Positions 1 to 12,738 of a DNA stretch of 64,000 bases are shown here, one piece after another (within the stretch, counting starts at the first letter, position 1; the number at the start of each line of letters is the position of its first letter). Source of the stretch: Octopus sinensis. Its lineage: Eukaryota. The notes beneath the pieces were generated by a model. It saw nothing but the letters and a program-made list of their open reading frames with translations, was not told the DNA's origin and searched no databases. The DNA is taken from assembly GCF_006345805.1 (NCBI RefSeq), contig NC_043025.1, forward strand, positions 4,898,001 through 4,962,000, in the 5' to 3' direction. Position numbers and translations under genes: made by a program.

Positions 1-336
1 GCCACGCAGTGAGACTGAACCCGCAACCGTGTGGTTGGTTAGCAAGCTACTTACCACACAGCCACTCCTGCGCCTATATACATATATACATCCTTTCAGT
101 TTCTATCTATCATATCCACTCAGAGGTTCCTTGGTAGGGCTATAGTAGAAAACAATTGCTTGATGTTCCATGCAGTGGGACTGAACCTAGAACCATGAGG
201 ATGGGAAACAGATGTATACATGATTTAAAATTTAAAAAAAAACAAAAAAAAACAGTTTCATAGCAAAATTAGTTGCAAAGGAAAATATTGCATGAAATAT
301 TTGCTGGGCAAACGTTGACATATTAACAACATTAAC

Positions 337-680
337 ATCATCATCATCATCATCATCATCATCGTTTAACGTCCGTTCTCTATGCTAGCATGGGTTGGAT
401 GGTTCGACCGGGGATCTGGGAAGCCAGAAGGCTGCACCAGGCTCCAGTCTTATCTGGCAATGTTTCTACAGCTGGATGCCCTTCCTAACACCAACCACTC
501 CTGGCGAACCCTGCTGTACTCACTCCGTGAGTGGTTGGCATTAGGAAGGGCATCCAGCTGTAGAAACATTGCCAGATAAGACTGGAGCCTGGTGCAGCCT
601 CCTGGCTTCCCGGACCCCGGTCGAACCGTCCAACCCATGCTAGCATGGAGAACGGCCGTTAAACGATAATGATGATGATG
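337..680. repeat. Near-perfect inverted repeat made of two head-to-head fragments of a (GAT)n-tailed SINE-like element
   Basis: Arm ~337-500 is the reverse complement of arm ~528-680 (ccagtcttatctggcaatgtttctacagctggatgcccttcctaa versus ttaggaagggcatccagctgtagaaacattgccagataagactgg), with a ~27-nt spacer. Confidence 0.9.
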
Positions 681-2459
681 TTAATGTTGTTAATATGTCA
701 ACATCTGCTGGGCAAATGGCTTCCTTTATTGTACATAGCTTCTTTTTGTCTGTCACAAACTATTCCTGTGTGTTATGTTATGTTAGTATTTTCACTGAGT
801 CTTGACAGAAACATATCAACAGTATATTTTATCACCTCTTTGCTGAACACATATGTATGTGTATGCACGTATGCAGACATGTTGAAAGGTCTCAAGCTGA
901 ATAGAAACCATTTGTAGCAGTTGATCAGAAATGTGGTCTATGTAGCAGGGAATTTTTTTAGCCAATCTACATGGACGTAGGAGTGGCTGTGTGGTCAGTA
1001 GCTTGCTTACGAACCACACGGTTCTGGGTTCAGTCCCACTGCATGGCATCTTTTGGCAAATGTCTTCTACTATAGCCTCTGGCCGACCAAAGCCTTGTGA
1101 GTGGATTTAGTAGACGGAAACTGATAGAAGCCTGTCGTATATATGTATATATATATGTGTGTGTGTGTGTATGTATATATATATGTGTTTGTGTGTGTGT
1201 ATATGTGTGTGTGTGTATATGTGTGTGTCTATATGTGTGTGTGTCTGTGTGTGTATATGTGTGGTGTGTGTGTGTCTGTGTGTATATATATATATATAAT
1301 ATATATATATATATATGTGGTGTGTGTGTGTGCATGTGTGTTTGTGTGTCTGTGTTTGGTAGACGGAAACTGAAAGAAGCCTGTCGTATATATATGTATG
1401 TGTGTGTGTGTTTGCGTGTCTGTGTTTGTTCCCCTAGCATTGCTTGACAACCGATGCTGGTGTGTTTGTGTCCCCGCAACTTAGTAGTTCGGCAAAAGAG
1501 ACCGATAGAATAAGTACTAGGCTTACAAAGAATAAGTCCTGGGCTCGATTTACTCAACTAAAGGCAGTGCTCCAGTATGGCCGCAGTCAAATGACTGAAA
1601 CAAGTAAGAAAGAGTAAAAAGAGAAAAGAGGACGTCAGACCTGGTAGAAATAGCAGTCAAATCTCTCGTTTATGTATGCAAACATGCTACAATTTGTAGC
1701 AATTGGTCAGAAATTTGGTCTATGTAGCAGGGAATTTTTCAACCAATCTACATGGAAGTTAGACCTGCTAGAAATAACTGCCAAACATTTCCCTATTGTT
1801 TTGTGTATGTAGATATGTATGAGCAGATGAGGGAGCTTTCTACATGGTAGCTAGATCTGGAAAATATAACAGCCAAATCTTCCTCAAATCAAAACTACTT
1901 ACCCATACCTGCCAATGTGAATAAGGAATTTATATGTTTGTCCAATCTAACATTCTGAGTTCAAATTCTGCCAAGGTCGACTTTGCCTTTCATCCTTTCG
2001 GGGTCAATAAATTAAGTTCCAGCGAAACACTGGGGTCGATGTAATTGACTAGTCCCCAACCCCCAAAATTTAAGCTTTTGTGCCTTTCATAAAAAGGATT
2101 ATTAGCATAAAAAAAACAAAGATACACTTGGGTCAGTTTGTTTGAGTAATCCTTTGGGAGGTGATGCCCCAGCATGGCCGCAGGCCACTGCTGGAAACAA
2201 GAAAAAGATAAAAGGTGTGTGTGTCCTTGACATTACAGGATGGCTCTAAACAAGTATCACCATCATACAAGCAATGTTGTTTGTTTCCAGTTGTCCATGG
2301 AAACGTGTCTGGCCATGCGGAAGGAAATATCCCCTTGATTGGAAACGGGTGAAGGTTGGTGACAGGAAGGGCATTCAGCTGTAGAAAATCTGCCTCAATA
2401 GATGTCAGCTAATCCATGCAAGCATAGAAGAGGAAATTGAAGCAATGATGATAATGACT

Positions 2460-4045
2460 ACTAATCAACTGTGGTGGATTAACAGAATTATCAGTGACAT
2501 ACCTTGTGGTATTTACTCCAGCACTACATTCTGAGATCAAATCCTGCTGGGATCATCTCTATCTTTTATTCCTTCTGGGATTAATAAAATCCTCTACTAA
2601 TCCAATGTAGTGGATTAACAGAATTATCAGTGACATACCTTGTAGTATTTACTCCAGCACTACATTCTGAGATCAAATCCTGCTGGGATCATCTCTATTT
2701 TTTATTCTTTCTGGGATTAATAAAATCCTCTACTAATCCAATGTAGTGGATTAACAGAATTATCAGTGACATACCTTGTGGTATTTACTCCAGCACTACA
2801 TTCTGAGATCAAATCCTGCTGGGATCATCTCTATCTTTTATTCTTTCTGGGATTAATGAAATCCTCTACTAATCCAATGTAGTGGATTAACAGAATTATC
2901 AATGACATACCTTGTGGTATTTACTCCAGCACTACATTCTGAGATCAAATCCTGCTGGGATCATCTCTATCTTTTATTCTTTCTGGGATTAATGAAATCC
3001 TCTACTAATCCAATGTAGTGGATTAACAGAATTATCAATGACATACCTTGTGGTATTTACTCCAGCACTACATTCTGAGATCAAATCCTGCTGGGATCAT
3101 CTCTATCTTTTATTCTTTCTGGGATTAATAAAATCCTCTACTAATCCAATGTAGTGGATTAACAGAATTATCAGTGACATACCTTGTGGTATTTACTCCA
3201 GCACTACATTCTGAGATCAAATCCTGCTGGGATCATCGCTATCTTTTATTCTTTCTGGGATTAATAAAATCCTCTACTAATCCAATGTAGTGGATTAACA
3301 GAATTATCAGTGACATACCTTGTGGTATTTACTCCAGCACTACATTCTGAGATCAAATCCTGCTGGGATCATCTCTATCTTTTATTCTTTCTGGGATTAA
3401 TAAAATTCTCTACTAATCCAATGTAGTGGATTAACAGAATTATCAATGACATACCTTGTGGTATTTACTCCAGCACTACATTCTGAGATCAAATCCTGCT
3501 GGGATCATCTCTATCTTTTATTCTTTCTGGGATTAATGAAATCCTCTACTAATCCAATGTAGTGGATTAACAGAATTATCAGTGACATACCTTGTGGTAT
3601 TTACTCCAGCACTACATTCTGAGATCAAATCCTGCTGGGATCATCTCTATCTTTATTCTTTCTGGGATAATAAAATCCTCTACTAATCCAATGTAGTGGA
3701 TTAACAGAATTATCAGTGACATACCTTGTGGTATTTACTCCAGCACTACATTCTGAGATCAAATCTGCTGGGATCATCTCTATCTTTATTCTTTCTGAGA
3801 TTAATAAAATCCTCTACTAATCCATGTAGTGGATTAACAGAATTATCAGTGACATACACTTGTGGTATTTACTCCAGCACTACATTCTGAGATCAAATCC
3901 TGCTGGATCATCTCTATCTTTTATTCTTTCTGGGATTAATGAAATCCTCTACTAATCCAATGTAGTGGATTAACAGAATTTTATTCTTTCTGGGATTAAT
4001 AAAATCCTCTACTAATCCAATGTAGTGGATTAACAGAATTATCAG
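2460..4045. repeat. 136-bp tandem satellite (~11 copies) derived from a decayed SINE
   Basis: tggattaaca recurs at 2475, 2611, 2747, 2883 and onward. The unit segment acattctgagatcaaatcctgctgggatc...ctttctgggattaataaa aligns with the SINE segment acgttctgagttcaaattccgccgaggtc...cctttcggggtcgataaa. Confidence 0.92.
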
Positions 4046-4345
4046 TGGTATTTGTTGCAACTCTCCACATTATAAGTTCAAATCCCACCAAGGTTATCAA
4101 TGTTTTTTATTCTTTCTGGGATCAAGAAAATCCACTACTAATTCAGATTGGTGGATTAACAGAATTATTAGTGAAATTCCATGTGGTACTTGCTCTGGCT
4201 CTCTGCATTCTGAGTTCAAATACAGTTAAGCTAAGCTGTTCTTATTCTTTCTTGAATCGATGACAAAAATCTATGCACCTAACAGAACAAATTGGTGGAT
4301 TTGTTAAAAGTACCCAGCAAGGTACCCTGCACTATATTTGTTCCA

Positions 4346-4597
4346 GTTCCGTTTTGTATTTCTCGTGTTTGTGTGTTGTGTAGTGGACTTCATCCATCAC
4401 CCAGTTAAATAACACCAGTTGGTACTGTTATTATGTGATAGCTTGGAGTCCGGTACAACGGATGATGTAACGGGTTCCGTTTTGTATTTCTCATGTTTGT
4501 GTGTTGTGTAGTGGACTTCATCCATCACCCAGTTAAATAACACCAGTTGGTACTGTTATTACATGATAGCTTGGAGTCTGGTACAACAGATGATGTG
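4346..4597. repeat. ~128-bp tandem duplication (2 copies)
   Basis: gttccgttttgtatttctc...gatgatgt starts at ~4346 and again at ~4474. Confidence 0.85.
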
Positions 4598-5070
4598 CAG
4601 GTCTTGGAGAGAACGGGGAAAGTCACTAAGTCACTGAAAAAGGTCACAAACAGCGACAAAAGAACTTTGACTAACAAGCGACCAATTGATTGTTTAGCCA
4701 GCAAATAAAACAAACAATTGATTAGTTAGTTGGTTAGGTATTTAACTAATTGACTAACAATAAATGGAATTCAATCTATGTGCTTGTTGTTATATTATTA
4801 GTATAATGACTCAAGTGGCAGGCTGACAGATTCGTGCTTCCTTGGCACACTAGGCAAAATGCTTAGTGGTATTTCATCTGTCCTTACATTCTGAGTTCAA
4901 ATTCCACCGAGGTCGGATTTGCCGTTCATCCTTTTTGGGGGTCGATGAAATAAGTACCAGTTACTTACTGGGGTCAAGGTAATCGAATTGTCCCCTCTCC
5001 CAAAATTTCAGGCCTTGTGCCTATAGTAGAAAGGATTATTATATTATTATTATTATTATTATTATTATTA

Positions 5071-5119
<49 letters not shown>

Positions 5120-5370
5120 CATTATTATTATTGAGGTGTCAAGCTGGCAGAATCATTAGCATGCTGGGCAAAATGCTTAGCAGTATTTGATCTGCTACTA
5201 CATTGAGTTCAAATTCTGCCGAGGTGGACTTTGCCTTTCATCCTTTCAGGGTCAATAAATTAAGCACCAGTTATGCCCTGGGGTCGATGTAATCAACTAG
5301 TCCCCTCCCCATAAATATGAGGACTTGTCCCTCCAGTAGAAAGGATAATAACTATTATTATTATTATTAT

Positions 5371-8300
5371 TGAGTGAGAGAGCAGTGCATGCCATCAAAG
5401 TGACACTGGGGTAAAATATACGAAGCCCAGTATACCCATCGTGACTACCTGTCTGATAAGGGTACACTAGGCACATGCATCACAACCGTATGTGCGCGAC
5501 ATGGTGATCTCATATCAAGATAAACAGCACATGACCTTGCAGGTGGGGCGCACTTAGAATTTTCTTCAATTCGAGTAACCCATCCCGCTCAAAAGGTCCC
5601 TGAATAAGGGTTGTTTAAGGATGTTGAATGAAACACCCATGTTTCCAGAGGTGAATTATTCAAACCCCAAAGAATCCCTCTCAACACATGGCTATGATGC
5701 TCCCCCACCACTTCTGCTCGTGATCAGAGATGCACATATCGTCAGCCACTAAGGGACATGCTCAACTGGTTAAGGTCAAACAACTGACAAGCAAATCTGT
5801 GGTATTGAGCAGAATATTTGCTGTAGCCCATCTTTTATACCAAGACAAAACAATGTACATGATAACACTTCCAATCAGTTAAGATCAGAAGCCATGAGAG
5901 CCACTGCCTGGTACTGCATCAGGGCATTAGCAAATCTGTGGTATTGAGCAGAATATTTGCTGTAGCCCATCTTTTATACCAAGACAAAACAATGTACATG
6001 ATAACACTTCCAATCAGTTAAGATCAGAAGCCATGAGAGCCACTGCCTGGTACTGCATCAGGGCATTAGCAAATCTGTGGTATGAGCAGAATATTTGCTG
6101 TAGCCCATCTTTTATACCAAGACAAAACAATGTACATGATAACACTTCCAATCAGTTAAGATCAGAAGCCATGAGAGCCACTGCCTGGTACTGCATCAGG
6201 GCATTAGCAAATCTGTGGTATTGAGCAGAATATTTGCTGGCCTCTTTTATACCAAGACAAAACAATGTACATGATAACATTTCCAATCAGTTAAGATCAG
6301 AAGCCATGGGAGCCACTGCCTGGTACTGCATCAGGGCATTAGCAAATCTGTGGTATTGAGCAGAATATTTGCTGTAGCCCATCTTTTATACCAAGACAAA
6401 ACAATGTACATGATAACACTTCCAATCAGTTAAGATCAGAAGCCATGAGAGCCACTGCCTGGTACTGCATCAGGGCATTAGCAAATCTGTGGTATTGAGC
6501 AGAATATTTGCTGTAGCCCATCTTTTATACCAAGATGAAACAATCTACATGATAACACTTCCAATCAGTTAAGATCAGAAGCCATGAGAGCCACTGCCTG
6601 GTACTGCATCAGGGCATTAGCAAATCTGTGGTATTGAGCAGAATATTTGCTGTAGCCCCTCTTTATACCAAGACAAAACAATGTACATGATAACACTTCC
6701 AGTCAGTTAAGATCAGAAGCCATGAGAGCCACTGCCTGGTACTGCATCAGGGCATTAGCAAATATGTGGTATGAGCAGAATATTTGCTGTAGCCATCTTT
6801 TATACCAAGACAAAAACAATGTACATGATAACACTTCCAATCAGTTAAGACCAGAAGCCATGAGAACCACTGCTGGTACTGCATCAGGACATTAGCAAAT
6901 CTGTGGTATGAGCAGATATTTGCTGTAGCCATCTTTTATACCAAGACAAAACAATGTACATGATAACACTTCCAATCAGTTAAGATCAGAAGCCATGAGA
7001 GCCACTGCCTGGTACTGCATCAGGGCATTAGCAAATCTGTGGTATTGAGCAGAATATTTGCTGTAGCCCATCTTTTATACCAAGACAAAACAATGTACAT
7101 GATAACACTTCCAATCAGTTAAGATCAGAAGCCATGAGAGCCACTGCCTGGTACTGCATCAGGGCATTAGCAAATCTGTGGTATTGAGCAGAATATGCTG
7201 TTTTAGCAATCTTTTATACCAAGAGATGAAACAATCTACATGATAACACTTCCAATCAGTTAAGATCAGAAGCCATGAGAGCCACTGCCTGGTACTGCAT
7301 CAGGGCATTAGCAAATCTGTGGTATTGAGCAGATTATTTGCTGTAGCCCATCTTTTATACCAAGACAAAACAATGTAATGATAACACTTCCAGTCAGTTA
7401 AGATCAGAAGCCATGAGAGCCACTGCCTGGTACTGCATCAGGGCATTAGCAAATATGTGGTATGAGCAGAATATTTGTGCTGAGCCCATCTTTTATACCA
7501 AGACAAAACAATGTACATGATAACACTTCCAATCAGTTAAGATCAGAAGCCATGAGAGCCACTGCCTGGTACTGCATCAGGGCATTAGCAAATCTGTGGT
7601 ATTGAGCAGAATATTTGCTGTAGCCCATCTTTTATACCAAGACAAAACAATTGTACATGATAACACTTCCAATCAGTTAAGATCAGAAGCCATGAGAGCC
7701 ACTGCCTGGTACTGCATCAGGGCATTAGCAAATATGTGGTATTGAGCAGAATATTTGCTGTAGCCCATCTTTTATACCAAGACAAAACAATGTACATGAT
7801 AACACTTCCAGTCAGTTAAGATCAGAAGCCATGAGAGCCACTGCCTGGTACTGCATCAGGGCATTAGCAAATATGTGGTATTGAGCAGAATATTTGCTGT
7901 AGCCCATCTTTTATACCAAGACAAAACAATGTACATGATAACACTTCCAATCAGTTAAGATCAGAAGCCATGAGAGCCACTGCCTGGTACTGCATCAGGG
8001 CATTAGCAAATCTGTGGTATTGAGCAGAATATTTGCTGTAGCCCATCTTTTATACCAAGACAAAACAATGTACATGATAACACTTCCAATCAGTTAAGAC
8101 CAGAAGCCATGAGAACCACTGCCTGGTACTGCATCAGGACATTAGCAAATCTGTGGTATTGAGCAGAATATTTGCTGTAGCCCATCTTTTATACCAAGAC
8201 AAAACAATGTACATGATAACACTTCCAATCAGTTAAGATCAGAAGCCATGAGAGCCACTGCCTGGTACTGCATCAGGGCATTAGCAAATCTGTGGTATTG

Positions 8301-10500
8301 AGCAGAATATTTGCTGTAGCCCATCTTTTATACCAAGACAAAACAATGTACATGATAACACTTCCAATCAGTTAAGATCAGAAGCCATGAGAGCCACTGC
8401 CTGGTACTGCATCAGGGCATTAGCAAATCTGTGGTATTGAGCAGAATATTTGCTGTAGCCCATCTTTTATACCAAGACAAAACAATGTACATGATAACAC
8501 TTCCAATCAGTTAAGACCAGAAGCCATGAGAACCACTGCCTGGTACTGCATCAGGACATTAGCAAATCTGTGGTATTGAGCAGAATATTTGCTGTAGCCC
8601 ATCTTTTATACCAAGACAAAACAATGTACATGATAACACTTCCAATCAGTTAAGATCAGAAGCCATGAGAGCCACTGCCTGGTACTGCATCAGGGCATTA
8701 GCAAATCTGTGGTATTGAGCAGAATATTTGCTGTAGCCATCTTTTATACCAAGACAAAACAATGTACATGATAACACTTCCAATCAGTTAAGATCAGAAG
8801 CCATGAGAGCCACTGCCTGGTACTGCATCAGGGCATTAGCAAATCTGTGGTATTGAGCAGAATATTTGCTGTAGCCCATCTTTTATACCAAGACAAAACA
8901 ATGTACATGATAACACTTCCAATCAGTTAAGATCAGAAGCCATGAGAGCCACTGCCTGGTACTGCATCAGGGCATTAGCAAATCTGTGGTATTGAGCAGC
9001 AGAATATTGCTGTAGCCCATCTTTTATACCAAGACAAAACAATGTATATGATAACCATCTAATCAGTTAAGATCAGAAGCCATGAGAGCCACTGCCTGGT
9101 ACTGCATCAGGGCATTAGCAAATCTGTGGTGGTATTGAGCAGAATATTTGCTGTAGCCCATCTTTATACCAAGACAAAACAATGTACATGATAACACTTC
9201 CAATCAGTTAAGATCAGAAGCCATGAGAGCCACTGCCTGGTACTGCATCAGGGCATTAGCAAATCTGTGGTATTGAGCAGAATATTTGCTGTAGCCCATC
9301 TTTTATACCAAGACAAAACAATGTACATGATAACACTTCCAATCAGTTAAGATCAGAAGCCATGAGAGCCACTGCCTGGTACTGCATCAGGGCATTAGCA
9401 AATCTGTGGTATTGAGCAGAATATTTGCTGTAGCCCATCTTTTATACCAAGACAAAACAATGTATATGATACCACTTCTAATCAGTTAAGATCAGAAGCC
9501 ATGAGAGCACTGCCTGGTACTGCATCAGGGCATTAGCAAATCTGTGGTATTGAGCAGAATATTTGCTGTAGCCCATCTTTTATACCAAGACAAAACAATG
9601 TACATGATAACACTTCCAATCAGTTAAGATCAGAAGCCATGAGAGCCACTGCCTGGTACTGCATCAGGGCATTAGCAAATCTGTGGTATTGAGCAGAATA
9701 TTTGCTGTAGCCCATCTTTTATACCAAGACAAAACAAGTATATGATAACACTTCTAATCAGTTAAGATCAGAAGCCATGAGAGCCACTGCCTGGTACTGC
9801 ATCAGGGCATAGCAAATCTGTGGTATTGAGCAGAATATTTGCTGTAGCCCATCTTTTATACCAAGACAAAACAATGTACATGATAACACTTCCAATCAGT
9901 TAAGATCAGAAGCCATGAGAGCCACTGCCTGGTACTGCATCAGGGCATTAGCAAATCTGTGGTATTGAGCAGAATATTTGCTGTAGCCCATCTTTTATAC
10001 CAAGACAAAACAATGTATATGATAACACTTCTAATCAGTTAAGATCAGAAGCCATGAGAGCCACTGCCTGGTACTGCATCAGGGCATTAGCAAATCTGTG
10101 GTATTGAGCAGAATATTTGCTGTAGCCCATCTTTTATACCAAGACAAAACAATGTATGATAACACTTCCAGTCAGTTAAGATCAGAAGCCATGAGAGCCA
10201 CTGCCTGGTACTGCATCAGGGCATTAGCAAATCTGTGGTATTGAGCAGAATATTTGCTGTAGCCCATCTTTTATACCAAGACAAAACAATGTACATGATA
10301 ACACTTCCAATCAGTTAAGATCAGAAGCCATGAGAGCCACTGCCTGGTACTGCATCAGGGCATTAGCAAATCTGGGTATTGAGCAGAATTTTGCTGTAGC
10401 CCATCTTTTATACCCAACAAAACAATGTATATATGATACCACTTCTAATCAGTTAAGATCAGAAGCCATGAGAGCCACTGCCTGGTACTGCATCAGGGCA
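5371..10500. mobile_element. ~560-bp non-coding element inserted in (ATT)n, with its terminal 139 bp amplified into an array
   Basis: The unique body 5371-5790 has a second, truncated copy at 10903-11529. Both copies have (ATT)n runs on each side. Confidence 0.75.
5790..10500. repeat. 139-bp tandem satellite, ~34 highly similar copies
   Basis: gcaaatctgtggtattgagcagaatatttgc...cctggtactgcatcagggcatta recurs at 5791, 5930 and onward to ~10500. Confidence 0.97.
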
Positions 10501-10902
10501 TTTTATTATTATTATTATTATTAAATAATGTGATGAGCTGGCAGAATCGTTAGCACACCGGACGAAATGCTTAGCGATGTTTCATCTATCGTTACATTCA
10601 GAGTTGGTTTTGCCTTTCATCATTTCAGGGTCGATAAATTAAGTACCAGTGAAACACTGGGGATCAATGTAATCAACTAGTCCCCTCCCTCAAAATTTCA
10701 GGCCTTGTACCTTCAGTAGAAAGGATTTTTATTATTATCACTACTATCATTCCACCAAGGTTGACTTTGCCTTTCATCCTTTCGAGGTCCATAAATTAAG
10801 TACCAGTGAGACATTGAGGGTCAAAGTAATTGACTCATCCCCTCCCCATATATAGCTGCCCTTGTGGCAAAATTTGAAACCAATTATTATTATTATTATT
10901 AT

Positions 10903-11529
10903 TGAGTGAGAGAGCAGTTCATGCCATCAAAGTGACACTGGGGTAAAATATACGAAGCCCAGTATACCCATTTCTTTATTACCCACAAGGGGCTAAACAT
11001 AGAAGGGACAAACAAGGACAGACATAGGTATTAAGTCGATTACATTGACCCCAGTGTGTAACTGGTACTTAATTTATCGACCCCGAAAGGATGAAAGGTA
11101 AAGTCGACCTCGGCGGAATTTGAACTCACAACGTAACGGCAGAAGAAATACCACTAAGCATTTCGCCCGACGTGCTAACGATTCTGCCAGCTCGCCGCCC
11201 AATATACCCATCATGACTACCCGTCTGATAAGGGTACACTAGGCACATGCATTGCAACCATATGTGCGCGACATGGTGATCTCATATCAAGATAAACAGC
11301 ACATGACCTTGCAGGTGGGACCCAGTTAGAAATTTCTTCAGGTTGAGTAGCCCATCCCGCTCAAAAGGTCCCTGAATAAGGGTTGTTTAAGGATGTTGAA
11401 AGAACCACTCATGTTTCCAGAGGTGAATTATTCAAACCCCAAAGAATCCCTCTCAACGCATGGCTATGATGCTCCCCCACTACTTCTGCTCGTGATCAGA
11501 GATGCACATATCGTCAGCCACTAAGGGAC
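10903..11529. mobile_element. Second, truncated copy of the (ATT)n-flanked element, interrupted by a SINE
   Basis: It starts with the same tgagtgagagagcagt..atgccatcaaagtgacactgggg and ends at ctaagggac followed by (TAT)n. Confidence 0.85.
10972..11199 (-). mobile_element. tRNA-derived SINE family B (MetaSINE-like middle), full copy with a 12-bp TSD
   Basis: Minus strand reads ggcggcgagctggcagaatcgttagc...gagttcaaattccgccgaggtcgac...cctttcatcctttcggggtcgataaattaagtaccag. The flanks are CAGTATACCCAT (10960-10971) and CAATATACCCAT (11200-11211). Other copies lie near 1940, 4815, 5134, 10533, 11563, 17336, 33214, 35752, 52480 and 63700-64000. The MetaSINE label is from memory. Confidence 0.8.
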
Positions 11530-11560
<31 letters not shown>

Positions 11561-12075
11561 GAAGGCAATGAGCTGGTAGAATTGTTAGCAAGCCAGGCAA
11601 AATTCTTAGCAGTATTTTGTCCAATCTAACGTTCTGAGTTCAAATTCTGCCAAGGTCGACTTTGCCTTTCATCCTTTCGGGGTCAATAAATTAAGTTCCA
11701 GCGAAACACTGGGGTCGATGTAATTGACTAGTCCCCAACCCCCAAAATTTCAGCTTTTGTGCCTTTCATAAAAAGGATTATTAGCACATTGGCTTTCCCA
11801 AGACAACAAAATTATATACCCAGGTTATTCTATGTATCATCATTAGGGGGCTGAAGCAGTTTCACACCTCTCCTTGAAAAATGCATATTTTCTGAAAAGA
11901 TTTTTTCAGATCCCTGTGTTTTAGATGTCAGAGATTATGAATATGCAAAAAAAAAATATTTTTTTTACTTTAATTTTGATTTGCATATGTTTGTCAATTT
12001 GCTATGATCTCTTTAATGTGGGGGTCGAAATTTAAAAAAATTTTCTTTGCATATTAGTAATCGCCAACATCTTAT

Positions 12076-12480
12076 AGGCGCAGGAGTGGCTGTTTGGTAA
12101 GTAGCTTGCTAACCAACCACATGGTTCCGGGTTCAGTCCCACTGCGTGGCACCTTGGCCAAGTGTCTTCTACTATAGCCCCGGGCTGACCAATGCCTTGT
12201 GAGTGGATTTGGTAGATGGAAACTGAAAGAAGCCTGTCGTATATATGTATATATATATGCGTGTGTGTGTTTGTGTGAGTGTGTTTGTCCCCCTAGCATT
12301 GCTTGACAACTGATGCTGGTGTGTTTACGTCCCTGTCACTTAGCGGTTCGGCAAAAGAGACCGATAGAATAAGTACTGGGCTTACAGAGAATAAGTCCTG
12401 GGGTCGATTTGCTCGACTAAAGGCGGTGCTCCAGCATGGCCGCAGTCAAATGACTGAAACAAGTAAAAAGAGTAAAAAAA
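12076..12480 (+). mobile_element. tRNA-derived SINE family A (CORE-like motif, internal (TA)/(TG) microsatellite, gtaaaaga tail); representative copy
   Basis: The head ggcgcaggagtggctgt.tggtaagtagc...gggttcagtccc has A/B-box-like sequence and is followed by caccttgg.caagtg. Further copies: 1-76(-), 973-1630(+), 16835-17245(-), 17650-18093(-), 19153-19560(+), 20020-20255(+), 50290-51122(-, interrupted), 51645-52035(+), 52080-52450(-), 52668-53160(-), 53255-53628(-), 54321-54720(+), 56685-56930(-), 57820-57960(-), 58186-58566(-). Confidence 0.88.
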
Positions 12481-12544
12481 AAAAGAAAAAGAGATCTAAA
12501 ACGTATGAATCCGAAGAAATTTTTTCAAAAAAATGCATGTAACT

Positions 12545-12699
12545 ATTGGCAACACTGATGTCAAAAATCATTTTTACAATGCCAGGAAGGCTCTACTCTT
12601 TTTGGACAAATTAACCTAGGTCACGAGAATGAAGACCAGTTATTCGACGTGCCAATGGGTACATACAACAAGGTAGAACTATGCATGTTTATAGACATT

Positions 12700-12702
<3 letters not shown>
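12545..12702 (+). pseudogene. Degenerate Penelope-like element reverse-transcriptase fragment
   Basis: NARKALLF (12578), then a stop and a frameshift, then EDQLFDVPMGTYNKVELC (12631). This resembles the PLE RT motif FDV(T/P)MGSYDGAE.C as I recall it. Confidence 0.55.

Positions 12703-12738
<36 letters not shown>

Noticed and set aside
5636-5765. Minus-strand GTC...CTGACGA...GAAACATG resembling a type III hammerhead
   Set aside because: Stem I is only about 2 bp, and the ~90 nt between the boxes gives no convincing stem II closing pair.
5870-5925. Faint resemblance of the satellite to U2 snRNA (atcagtt.a.atc, cctggta.tgca)
   Set aside because: Only two short words match, with wrong spacing and no branch-pairing or Sm-site sequence.
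5790-10500. Possible CRISPR array or hammerhead retrozyme array
   Set aside because: The units are fully repeated with no unique spacers, the context is eukaryotic, and there is no CUGANGA box on either strand of the 139-mer.
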